A stretch of DNA of 62,516 nucleotides, the filler included. It is 6 parts of 6 records of this genome, joined end to end, with 100 filler letters (N's around TTAATTAATTAA, not from the genome) between each part and the next. Parts side by side here need not be neighbours in the genome. Positions count along the whole stretch, not along the records: positions 49,893 to 57,181 come from DRR723986_23504; positions 57,282 to 62,516 come from DRR723986_23977; 4 more parts are not named here. One strand, written 5' to 3'. Shown here in pieces: positions 50,525 to 60,400 of this stretch (the stretch's first letter is position 1; each line of letters begins with the position of its first letter). The notes under the pieces are model-generated. The model was given only the letters and a program-made list of their open reading frames with translations. It was not told where the DNA came from and searched no databases. The translations under genes and the position numbers were made by a program.

Positions 50525-51133
50525 GTGTTGACGATCCGCGAATTGAAGACGCCTCTGATCGGCCCCCTGGACCTTGCCTTGCAGGCGGGTGAAACCGTTG
50601 CGATTTCAGGACCCTCCGGCGCAGGCAAATCCCTGTTTCTCAGAGCAATTGCCGATCTCGATGAAAGCGCCGGCCATGTTGCCCTGGATGGCAAGGAGCG
50701 CGAATCCATACCGGCTCCTGAATGGCGCCGAAAGGTGGCTTACGTGCCTGCCGAAAGCGGCTGGTGGGCGGACCGAGTTCAGGATCATTTCGCCGAAACT
50801 TCCGACCTTCCCAACCTGCTGCACCAGGTTGGTCTTGCCGATGCGCTTGCCTGGGAGGTCTCCCGGCTTTCCACCGGTGAGCGCCAACGCCTTGCCCTTG
50901 TGCGCGCTCTCCAGACAGCACCGCAGGTTCTTCTGCTGGATGAACCCACCTCCGCGTTGGACCCGCCTTCCGTTGACCTGGTCGAAACTCTCCTGAAACA
51001 CCAGCTTGCTGCCAATCGCGCCCTTCTGATCGTCACGCACGACCCCGGCCAGCCCGAACGGCTCGGGGCACGACGGCTTATCATGGACAAAGGCCAGCTG
51101 AAGGCAGGTGATGGCCAGGAGGCACCAGCGTGA
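50525..51133 (+). CDS. ABC transporter ATP-binding protein (FetA/YbbL-like)
   Basis: GPSGAGKS, LSTGERQR and LLLDEPTSALD. Confidence 0.88.
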   Translation: MLTIRELKTPLIGPLDLALQAGETVAISGPSGAGKSLFLRAIADLDESAGHVALDGKERESIPAPEWRRKVAYVPAESGWWADRVQDHFAETSDLPNLLHQVGLADALAWEVSRLSTGERQRLALVRALQTAPQVLLLDEPTSALDPPSVDLVETLLKHQLAANRALLIVTHDPGQPERLGARRLIMDKGQLKAGDGQEAPA

Positions 51134-51936
51134 CCGGTTATCTCGCCCTCACCTATTGGGACCTCGTGGCTGCCTCGGTGTTCCTGCTGTTGAACGCGGT
51201 TTTTTCGATCGTGCTTGATCTCGGCCTCACCCGCACGCTCATCATTTCGGCCTTGAGAATGAGCGTGCAACTGATCCTGGTTGGGCTTGTCCTCAAGGCA
51301 ATCTTCTTTGCCGGATCCCTGTTGTGGACACTGCTGGCTGCTGCCGTGATGCTGGCTTTTGCAGGGCGCGAAATCTGGGCGCGGCAGGACCGTCGCCTGG
51401 CTGGCCTCTGGGGCCCGGGGCTGGGCGTTGCCGTCATGCTGGTCGCAGGCACCCTCGTCACGATCTACGCCCTGGCAGGGCTCATCCGCCCCGATCCGGT
51501 CTGGATGCCGCAATATGCACTGCCGCTTTTCGGCATGGTGCTCGGCAACACCATGACCGGGGTCAGCCTCGGCCTTGATACGCTTCACACGTCGCTTGCC
51601 CGTGGGCGGCGCGATGTGGAAGCCCAGTTGCTACTGGGGCGCACCCGCTGGGAAGCGACACGCCCCTTCTCCCGTCAGGCACTGCGGTCAGGTTTCACGC
51701 CGATCATCAACGCCATGGCGGCAACAGGCATCGTGTCACTGCCCGGAATGATGACAGGGCAGATCCTGTCCGGGGTCGATCCGCGTGAAGCAGTCAAATA
51801 CCAGCTCATGATCATGTTTCTGCTTGGCGGTGCTACCGGCCTCGGCGTCCTTGCCGCTACCTTCGCCAGCGTGTGGCGCCTGACCGACAACCGTGACAGG
51901 CTGCGTCTCGACCGTTTGAACGGAGGGTCTCGATGA
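51130..51936 (+). CDS. ABC transporter permease, UPF0014 (FetB/YbbM-like)
   Basis: RMSVQL..VG, GMVLGNTM and GIVSLPGMMTGQILSG.DP..AVKYQ. Confidence 0.9.
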   Translation: MTGYLALTYWDLVAASVFLLLNAVFSIVLDLGLTRTLIISALRMSVQLILVGLVLKAIFFAGSLLWTLLAAAVMLAFAGREIWARQDRRLAGLWGPGLGVAVMLVAGTLVTIYALAGLIRPDPVWMPQYALPLFGMVLGNTMTGVSLGLDTLHTSLARGRRDVEAQLLLGRTRWEATRPFSRQALRSGFTPIINAMAATGIVSLPGMMTGQILSGVDPREAVKYQLMIMFLLGGATGLGVLAATFASVWRLTDNRDRLRLDRLNGGSR

Positions 51937-52565
51937 TTGAACTTTATGGTGCGGACTATTCGGTCTATGTGCGCTCGGCCCGAATGGCACTTATCGAAAA
52001 AGGGATTGCTTACGAGCTTGTCCCGATCGATGTGTTTGCCCCGGGTGGACCGCCGGAAAGCTATCTTGAGCTGCAGCCTTTCGGCAAGATCCCCACACTG
52101 AAGCATGGCGACTTCACCCTGTTCGAAACAGCGGCCGTCCTGCGCTACATCGATGAAGCCTTCGATGGCCCTCCGCTTCAGCCAGCCTCTCCGCAACCGC
52201 GGGCGCGCATGGCTCAGCTTCTCTCCATTCTCGACAATTACGCCTACAAGACCCTCGTCTGGGACATCTTCGTCGAACGGGTGTCAAAGCCCTCTGGCGG
52301 CGCCCCCGCGGATGAAGTCAAGATTGCCTCGGCGCTCGGCCGGGCAAGAACGATCGTCAAAACACTGGAAGCGCTTGTGACGGAAGGCCCATTCCTGATG
52401 GGGGATCAGCTCACCCTTGCCGACTGCCATGCCGTCCCGATGCTTGCTCTCTTCGAGCTTTCAGAAGAAGGCCTGCTGCTGCTGCGTTCGGCGCCGAAGC
52501 TGTCTTCATGGCTACAGATGTTCAAGGAACGCGACAGTTTCAGAAAAACCGGATTGTCTGGTTGA
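51933..52565 (+). CDS. Glutathione S-transferase
   Basis: SVYVRSAR.ALIEKG, QPFGKIPTL..GDFTLFETAAV and TLADC. Confidence 0.92.
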   Translation: MIELYGADYSVYVRSARMALIEKGIAYELVPIDVFAPGGPPESYLELQPFGKIPTLKHGDFTLFETAAVLRYIDEAFDGPPLQPASPQPRARMAQLLSILDNYAYKTLVWDIFVERVSKPSGGAPADEVKIASALGRARTIVKTLEALVTEGPFLMGDQLTLADCHAVPMLALFELSEEGLLLLRSAPKLSSWLQMFKERDSFRKTGLSG

Positions 52566-52713
52566 GCGCGATTACGCGTCAGGCCTTTATCTTTTCCGCA
52601 GGTCAGATCCACTGCAAACATGTTAGTCTTTTGCCGTTCCACGACGCCCGTTGTTCCATTTACCTTCTGGCAGGCGCAACATTGAATCATTTTATGAAGA
52701 AAGGGATTTTTTG

Positions 52714-53151
52714 ATGAGGTTTCAAAAGCTTGTAATTGTTTTCTTGAGCAGCCTTTTGCTGATGTGTGCCGGTTTGTCAGCATCGGCACAAACCGTCCAC
52801 GAGCCCTCCCGCGGCACTGCCGAGCGCAAGGACATACTCGATGCAATGCGTCCGATGATGGAGGCAAGGGTGGGACCGCCGGTCGAGTTCGTCGTCAACT
52901 GGATGCGTTCCGGCCATGGCTGGGCTTTCGTCCAGGTCTCGCCGCAGCGCCCAGGTGGTGGCGCCATTGACCTGTCCCGCACGACCTTCGCCTCGCAGGC
53001 GGACTATATGGATGGCCTCGTGACCTTCGCCTTGCTGCGTTACCAGTTCAACCGATGGAACCTGGTCGACTTTGTCGTCGGCCCGACAGATGTCTTCTGG
53101 CAGGGCGATCCGCTCTACGCCCAGGTACCCCGCGGCCTGACACCCTACTGA
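52714..53151 (+). CDS. Exported hypothetical protein
   Basis: Signal peptide ending ASA, then P.RGTAERK.ILDA.R..PVEFVV. Confidence 0.75.
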   Translation: MRFQKLVIVFLSSLLLMCAGLSASAQTVHEPSRGTAERKDILDAMRPMMEARVGPPVEFVVNWMRSGHGWAFVQVSPQRPGGGAIDLSRTTFASQADYMDGLVTFALLRYQFNRWNLVDFVVGPTDVFWQGDPLYAQVPRGLTPY

Positions 53152-53168
53152 GCGCCTTTCTGACTGGC

Positions 53169-54536
53169 CTACTTTGCCGGATCCTTCTGCGTTCCGGCAA
53201 CTTCCTCCATCATGTCATCTTCAGAGTCGGCTTCGTCCTTGGAATCGTCCCCCTGGAAGAGCTCCGGCTCCTGGTCGGTGTTCTCTGAAGATGCAAACAC
53301 GCCCGACTGCTGAAGCTCCTCTTCCGCCAGCTCGCCCAGCACGCGTTTTCCCGCCGCCACACGGTCGCGCGCTTCATCCATGATCTTCTTGGCCAGTCCT
53401 TCATCCCTGTCCATCAGGTGTTTGAGGGCTTCCGCCTCCAGCACCAGAAGCTGGCAATCCTTGTAAGCGACCACTTTCGCGGTTCTGGGTGTCTGATTGA
53501 TCAGTGCCAATTCGCCAAAGAAACTGCCTTCTCCCAGATAGACCGTGTCGTGCTGAAGCCGGATTTCGACTTCTCCGTCGGCGATGAAATACATCTTGTC
53601 CGCAACATCGCCCTGCTCGGCAATCGTGCCGCCCTTGCGCACGCGAAGCGACTGCAGCAGCTTCGCAACTTCGGCAATCTCCGTCGCCTTCAGGTCTTCG
53701 AACAGAGGCACGCGCGCCACCATCGACCAGGTGACGACAAAGTCCCGGCTATGGATTTCCCGGGCAAAGGCCGAAGCAATGATGCCGACCGGCAAGGCTA
53801 TCAGCCCGTAGCCCATCAGCATGACGATACCCCCAACCGTCTTGCCGAGATTGGTGACCGGCACGACATCGCCATAGCCGACGGTCGTCACAGTGGTAAT
53901 CGCCCAATAGATGCCGTGGAGAATGCTGCGGAACTTTTCCGGCTGGTCGTCATGCTCGATCAGATACATCAAGGTGGCAGCCATCAGGATCACACCGCAG
54001 ATGATCATACTTGATCCGAGCAGCGCCCTGCGCTCGTTGCCGACGGCGGAAATCAACGAACGCAACGCGGGTGAATACCGGGCCAGCTTCAGGAAGCGCA
54101 GCAGCCTCAGGATGACGACCATCGTGACCGCCTGATTGGGCAGGAACACCACGAACAACAGCGGCAAGGCCCCGATCAGATCGATGATCGCGTCCGGCTG
54201 CATCGCATAGCGCAGCCTGGAAAACACCGGCCCGTAACGGCGCAGCGGCGGATGGAGATCGGCCACGTAAAGACGCATGACGTATTCGGCCAGAAAGACA
54301 AGTCCGCTGCCCAACTGGATCAGACGCAGATGCGTGCTCAGGATGTCGCGGATTTCCGGCACGGTTTCCAGCACCGCAAGCGCGATGTTGACCAGAATGA
54401 GGACAATCAGGAAGTTCCGCAGCACGCGCGCGCCGATGCGGCGTTTGCCCGTGTCCTCAAGCACCTCATAGAGCGCCCGTTTGAATTCGTGGCCGGACAC
54501 CGAGCCCCCCGTTTCTGATTTTGCTCGCGTTTTCAT
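53169..54536 (-). CDS. Cyclic-nucleotide-gated potassium channel (6TM + CNBD, MloK1-like)
   Basis: S4 LRLLRFLKLARY, selectivity filter TTVGYGD, CNBD FFGELAL...RTA and an acidic tail. Confidence 0.92.
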   Translation of the reverse strand: MKTRAKSETGGSVSGHEFKRALYEVLEDTGKRRIGARVLRNFLIVLILVNIALAVLETVPEIRDILSTHLRLIQLGSGLVFLAEYVMRLYVADLHPPLRRYGPVFSRLRYAMQPDAIIDLIGALPLLFVVFLPNQAVTMVVILRLLRFLKLARYSPALRSLISAVGNERRALLGSSMIICGVILMAATLMYLIEHDDQPEKFRSILHGIYWAITTVTTVGYGDVVPVTNLGKTVGGIVMLMGYGLIALPVGIIASAFAREIHSRDFVVTWSMVARVPLFEDLKATEIAEVAKLLQSLRVRKGGTIAEQGDVADKMYFIADGEVEIRLQHDTVYLGEGSFFGELALINQTPRTAKVVAYKDCQLLVLEAEALKHLMDRDEGLAKKIMDEARDRVAAGKRVLGELAEEELQQSGVFASSENTDQEPELFQGDDSKDEADSEDDMMEEVAGTQKDPAK

Positions 54537-54691
54537 GAATAGCCGAAAGACAGGCTACGACAAAGCTCTCCACGCGGACAGCCCTCACCATGCCGCACGA
54601 AGCTGTGCATAGGGGTGAGCGGAACGTGATTGGGCAATTTTGTCGCAGGCCCCATCTCCATGGATAGCCAACCGAACGGAAGGAGGACACC

Positions 54692-54817
54692 ATGACCATA
54701 GACACCGACAAGGTTCGCGCCGCAGAAACCACGCCTCACCACATCGTGCTGAAAATGTTGCTGGTCTCGACGTTCTTCGCGGCCGCCGCGCTTGCAGTGA
54801 CTGCTTTGCTGAACTGA
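54692..54817 (+). CDS. Small (41 aa) single-TM protein
   Basis: AGGAGG 5 nt before the ATG. MTIDTDKVRAAETTPHHIVLKMLLVSTFFAAAALAVTALLN. Not in the ORF track. Confidence 0.65.
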   Translation: MTIDTDKVRAAETTPHHIVLKMLLVSTFFAAAALAVTALLN

Positions 54818-54880
54818 ACCAACCGGCAGGCTGCCGGAGGCAGACCTGACCAGGCCACCTCAAACGACTTGCTCTCCACC

Positions 54881-55009
54881 GTCATCCCGGCCAAGCAAAG
54901 CGCGAGCCGGGACCGGGGAGCGAAAAACCTTGCAGGACCTCAAGAGGCCATGCCGAGAGCAATCGGGCTTCCCGATCCCGGATCTTCGCTTCACTGCGTC
55001 CGGGATGAC
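54881..55009. repeat. Alphaproteobacterial palindromic intergenic repeat (REP/MITE-like)
   Basis: GTCATCCCGG...CCGGGATGAC terminal inverted repeats with internal complementary blocks (AGCCGGGACCGGGGAGC / GCTTCCCGATCCCGGATCT). Confidence 0.75.
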
Positions 55010-55056
55010 CAAGGAGGGGCTCGCGTAATTTCTCCCCGAGAAGTGACCGAGCGCCT

Positions 55057-55100
55057 AAAACGAACAAGGGCGGCCCTGATGGGACCGCCCTTTTCAATTT
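55057..55100. terminator. Probably bidirectional terminator downstream of alaS
   Basis: AAGGGCGG-CCC-TGAT-GGG-A-CCGCCCTT hairpin flanked by A- and T-rich tracts. Confidence 0.65.
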
Positions 55101-55118
55101 TGATTGCCGGAAGGACCA

Positions 55119-57181
55119 TCAAAGCCCCGTGAGGTGCACCTCGATTGCGGCAACGGCTGCGTCGGCCTTGGACCCATCCGGTCCACCGGCCTGCGCCATA
55201 TCAGGCCGACCGCCACCACCGCGGCCGCCGAGCGCTTCCGAACCGATCCGCACCAGATCCACGGCGCTGACCTTGTCGGTCAGATCCTGCGTGACGGCAG
55301 TCACGATGGCAGCCTTGTCGTCTTCGGCAACGCTGATCAGAACGACCACGCCGGACCCGAGCTGGGTCTTGGCCTCGTCGGCCATGCCTTTCAGATCCTT
55401 CGGGTTGATCCCCTCGACGATACGCGCCATCAGCTTGAACGCGCCGGCGTCCTTCACCGGCGTGCCGCCTTCCGCGCCACCGCCCATGGCGAGCTTCTTC
55501 TTGGCGTCCGCCAGTTCGCGCTCCAGCTTCTTGCGATCTTCCACCAGCTGGGCCACGCGAGCCGGAACATCATCGGCGCTGATCTTCAGCAGGCTGGCCA
55601 GTTCGCGCATGCGCTTGTCCTGGGCATCCAGATATTCACGGGCTTCTGCACCGGTCAGCGCCTCGATCCGGCGAACACCGGCAGCAACCGCACCTTCGGA
55701 AACCAGTGTCACCAGACCGATATCGCCGGTACGCTTCACATGTGTACCGCCGCACAGTTCAAGCGAATAAGGCTTGCCCTGCTTGGGGCCATGGAGAGCG
55801 GTCCCCATGGAAACGACGCGAACCTCGTCACCGTATTTCTCGCCGAACAGAGCCATGGCGCCAGCTTCGATTGCGTCATCGACTGCCATCAGGCGGGTGT
55901 CGACAGGCGCGTTCTGCAGCACGATCTCGTTGGCAAAGCTCTCGACCGTTGCCAGTTCCTCATCGCTCACCGGCTTGGGATGCGAGAAGTCGAACCGCAG
56001 GCGCTCCGGCGTTACCAGCGAGCCCTTCTGAGCGACGTGATTGCCAAGGACCTCGCGCAAGGCCTCATGCACAAGGTGCGTCGCCGAATGATTGGAACGG
56101 ATCGACTTGCGACGGGAATGGTCGACCTTCAGTTCCAGGGCAAGGCCCGGAACCAGCTCGCCTTCTTCCACGGTGACCGAATGAACGAAGAGACCTTCGG
56201 CCTTCTTCTGCGTATTGGTCACGGCAACCTTGACGCCATTGGCCAGCATCCAGCCGGTGTCGCCCACCTGACCGCCGCTTTCGCCGTAAAACGGCGTCTG
56301 GTTGAGAACCACGAAACCGCTTTCACCTGCGGACAGTTTGGCAACTTCCTTGTCGTCAGCAGCAAGACCGGCAACGACGCCTTCGGCCGTCTCGGTCTCA
56401 TAGCCGAGGAAGTCCGTGGCACCGTGTTTTTCCTTCAGTGCGAACCAGACTGCTTCCGTCGCAGCGCTGCCTGACCCGGACCAGGCCGCACGGGCTTCCG
56501 CTTTCTGGCGCTCCATTGCAGCATCGAAGCCATCCGTATCAACGGAAATGTCGCGCGTTCTGAGCGCGTCCTGGGTCAGATCCAGCGGGAAGCCGTAAGT
56601 ATCGTAGAGCTTGAACGCGGTTTCCCCATCCAGACGCCCCCCAGCCTCAAGGCCTTCGGTCGCGGTGTCGAGCAGGCCGAGACCACGCTCCAGCGTCTTG
56701 CGGAAACGCGTTTCTTCCAGCTTCAGCGTTTCGGTGATCAGATCTTCAGCGCGGCTCAGCTCCGGATAGGCACGGCCCATTTCACGCACCAGCGCCGGAA
56801 CCAGCTTGTGCATCAGCGGTTCGCTCGCCCCAAGAAGATGGGCGTGGCGCATGCCGCGGCGCATGATCCGGCGCAGCACATAGCCGCGGCCTTCGTTGGA
56901 CGGTAGTACGCCATCGGCAATCAGGAAGCTCGTGGACCGCAGATGGTCGGCAATCACACGGTGGCTGCCGGTGGCATCGCCTTCTGCTTCCACACCCGTG
57001 GCGTTGACGGACGCCGCAATCAGCGCCTTGAAGAGGTCGATGTCGTAGTTGTTGTGAACGCCCTGCATGACGGCGGCGATACGCTCGATGCCCATGCCGG
57101 TGTCGATGGACGGACGCGGCAGGTCGAGACGCTTTTCCGGCGTCTGTTCGTACTGCATGAAGACGAGGTTCCAGATCTCGA
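55119..57181 (-). CDS. alaS: Alanine--tRNA ligase (5'-truncated)
   Basis: [42 protein letters not shown] and [13 protein letters not shown]. Confidence 0.98.
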
Positions 57182-57281
57182 NNNNNNNNNNNNNNNNNNN
57201 NNNNNNNNNNNNNNNNNNNNNNNNNTTAATTAATTAANNNNNNNNNNNNNNNNNNNNNNNNNNNNNNNNNNNNNNNNNNNN
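57182..57281. other. Artificial contig spacer
   Basis: N44-TTAATTAATTAA-N44. Confidence 0.97.
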
Positions 57282-57448
57282 TTAACAAAAACATCAAAAA
57301 GCCTGAGACCGTCGCTAAGCTAATGGCGCAGCTCATAATTTGGTCCACGAGCAGACAAGGGCTCAAAGCGATCAAAACACAACACACCGGCTCCTGAATA
57401 CGAATTGTTTTCAACAACCGGTGTGTAGAGACATATAGGCCGCATCGT

Positions 57449-60400
57449 TTATCTAAGCAGGTGCAATACATGCGATTTAACGTTCCCGCCAATGTTTAAG
57501 CGACAGATATACATACCTGAGGCACAAGCATTACCGGCATCGTCCAGTGTATCCCAGGTTCGCACCTGATTAACACCCGCATTAATTGAACCATCCTGCA
57601 AAGTACGCACCAAGTTTCCGAAGACATCAAACATCTCAATGCGCACATGTGCAGTAAACGGCACGTCAAATGTCAGCTCTGTTAAACGTGTAAAAGGGTT
57701 GGGCACATTGTTAACACGCACGTCATACTGCGCATCGTAACGCAAGGTAACAGTGTGTGAGAATTCAGTTGTGCCGTCCAGATCTACCTGCCGCAGGCGG
57801 TACTCGTAGGTTTTGCCTGCAAACACATCTGCATCAAGTAGCGTGTATTTCTGTGGTTCATTTGTTGTGCCGGCGCCATTCACAAATCCAATTGAGATAA
57901 ACTCATCTGAGATTTCAGCCTGACGGCGTTCAACATAAAAACCGGCATTGTCAATTTCCGAAGCCGTTTCCCAGAAAAGTTCATTGCCGCGATGTGGCAG
58001 GGCCAGACCATCAAAGGCACTCAGCTCCACTGGTGGAACCGGCAGTTCGGTGTACTGCGGCGGGTCAGAGAAAGTGCGGAAGTCCATGTAAGGGCGCATC
58101 ATCGGCACCCAGGAGGCACGTGAATATGTGTTGCGCAGAGCCACCGAGCCGGCGTGTGTTAAGTGTGCATAAGCCGGATTACCCTGTGTGGGAGTAAACT
58201 GTGTCCATCCCGTAGAACTCAGGGAATTGTTGTACATAAATGCGTTGCGGTTGACATTTTCACCGCTGCGAATAACCTGGCGGTAGTCTGGATCAATCAT
58301 CACGCTCCGGCCCAGGACACCGGCGTCACCACCCGCAGAATACACGGTTGTCTGCATGCCCATGCTCATAGCCGAAGCGCCAAGTTCAAAACCCTTGGAC
58401 TCCAGCTGCTGCAAAACCATCCAGTAATCTCCGGCAGTTAACTCCAGTTCCTCTTCCAGCAAATACGTTCCATATGTGTTAAGTACCACCTGCGGCGGCG
58501 TTGGCGCGGCATTCCCCTGTGGGTCCAGGTCGTAGAGGCCACGGCGGCGCTGCATGACTGAGCCGGCAATCGGTGTGGCCGCGGGTTCGCCACCTGCATC
58601 GCGGTGAATCGCAAATTGAATGCGATCCGCACTAGTGTTAAGTGCGCCAAAATACGCCTGGTAACCAAGAACAGTGTCAAGTCTGTTAAACTCAAAAGCA
58701 ATCGCCAGCTGCCCGGGAGCACTGCCCGCATCAGCACCATATGCAATCGATGAGTTAAACAGAGCACTCCGGTCGGCCGCAAGGTTTATGCCTTTGCCTT
58801 CCTGGCCGGAAAACGCAGGAACATCGTTATCACCTTCCAGCAACGGCGTATCATATGCCATGGCATTGTCAAAACGCAGATCGTAAAAACTATGTGTACT
58901 GTCGTTAAGTGGATTAGGGTCATCCTGAATCGAACGCACCTGTGCACGAAGTACATAACGCCCTGGACGCGTCTGCCGCGAATTCCAGACGGGAAACAGT
59001 TTAAGACTCTGTGTTTTGGCGCGCAGGAACGGCAGTGTTTGGCCGCGTGCATAAACCGTCAAATTGTCTGCAGCCCCCCGTTCACTGATCAGAAGGATCG
59101 TGGCGAATGCGCGACTCGGGAAATCACTGTTGTTACTCAAAGTCACTTGCAATGGAATGTTCGAGGCCTGGCTGGCTGGGAACATGCTATAGGGATGCTC
59201 TAACACGCCGACGGCCGTAACTTCAATGTCCGGGCCTTCTGTGAGTGTTTGCAGGTCGATGTTGTCAATATAGAAGTTGTCAGCATCGTCGCGCGGGCCC
59301 TGCGAACCACCATACTGCGAACCATCGTCCTGCGCCTTAACCGCAAACTTAAAACGAACATGTTTGGCGGCATCGTTGGACGCATCCAGCAAATACTTGG
59401 GAACATTAACAAAGACTTTATGGAACTCAAAGTCTTTGCCCGTATCCAGTGAATCATAACGCAGGCCCTGCGAACGTGTTAATGCCGAGTCAGCATTGTC
59501 CTCATGAAAACCGCGAATATGCCCGCCACCACCAAAAATAGTCATCACCGGGTTGTCGGTAATAAACTGTCCCGGCCGCGAAATATCCGGATGCCGGCTC
59601 CAACCGTCGGCCGGAATGTTAACCAGGTTGGTGAATTTGTCTGGACTCGGATTTGCAAAGTGTAGTTCCAGCAAGTCCGGCTTCTGCAGCGGCTCGGTGG
59701 CATCCCATTGGCCGTGACGCACAACCCGCGCCTCGGGGCCGACGCGGCTTTGATCAGACCAGCCACGATCATATGTGTTCGAAAACGGGATGCCCGCACG
59801 TTGATACCCAAATGACAGAACCACCGATTCATGTCCGCTCAGGTCAATCGGAAAGGAACGTAACTCATCACCACCGGGAGCCTGATCAAAACCGTTAAGG
59901 TCCAGGCGATTCAGGCGAATTACCGGTGAATCGAGAGTTAAAGTAAAATCATTCTCGGGTTCAACTCTTTCGCGCGGCGGCAGCGGATGATACGTATTGG
60001 CCGAGCCATGTACAACTTCAGCCCCCTGATTCACCCAGCGCTTTGTAGATGGAATTGGTCCCTGAGAACGTGTGTAATCAAAGTCTGAAGCATTTTCGTA
60101 GAAGGCATCCAGGACTTTAAGGCTGTGGAGCATGTGCTGCTGGATGTTATCACTTAACCATTCTTCACCCAGCGGTTCGGCGTTGCAGGCGGCGCGGCTA
60201 GCCTGTGCTATCAATTCCAGGCGGCCAATATGATCGTCCAGTGAAACTTCGGGCTTAAACACCGCGAACTCAACTTCTACAAAACCATAAGAAGGCACGC
60301 CATTGCCGGTGAAGTCTAATGCCTTGCCGGCGGCGTTCACCAGCCGGACTCCGGACTGACCTGAATTGGCCAGCGAAGTGCTGTCAACACATACCGAGTC

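Noticed and set aside
55104..56474. 456-aa ORF on the plus strand
   Set aside because: It is the antisense shadow of alaS in GC-rich DNA. The same applies to 4107-4970, 10517-11104, 49837-50709, 50785-51588 and 53418-54014.
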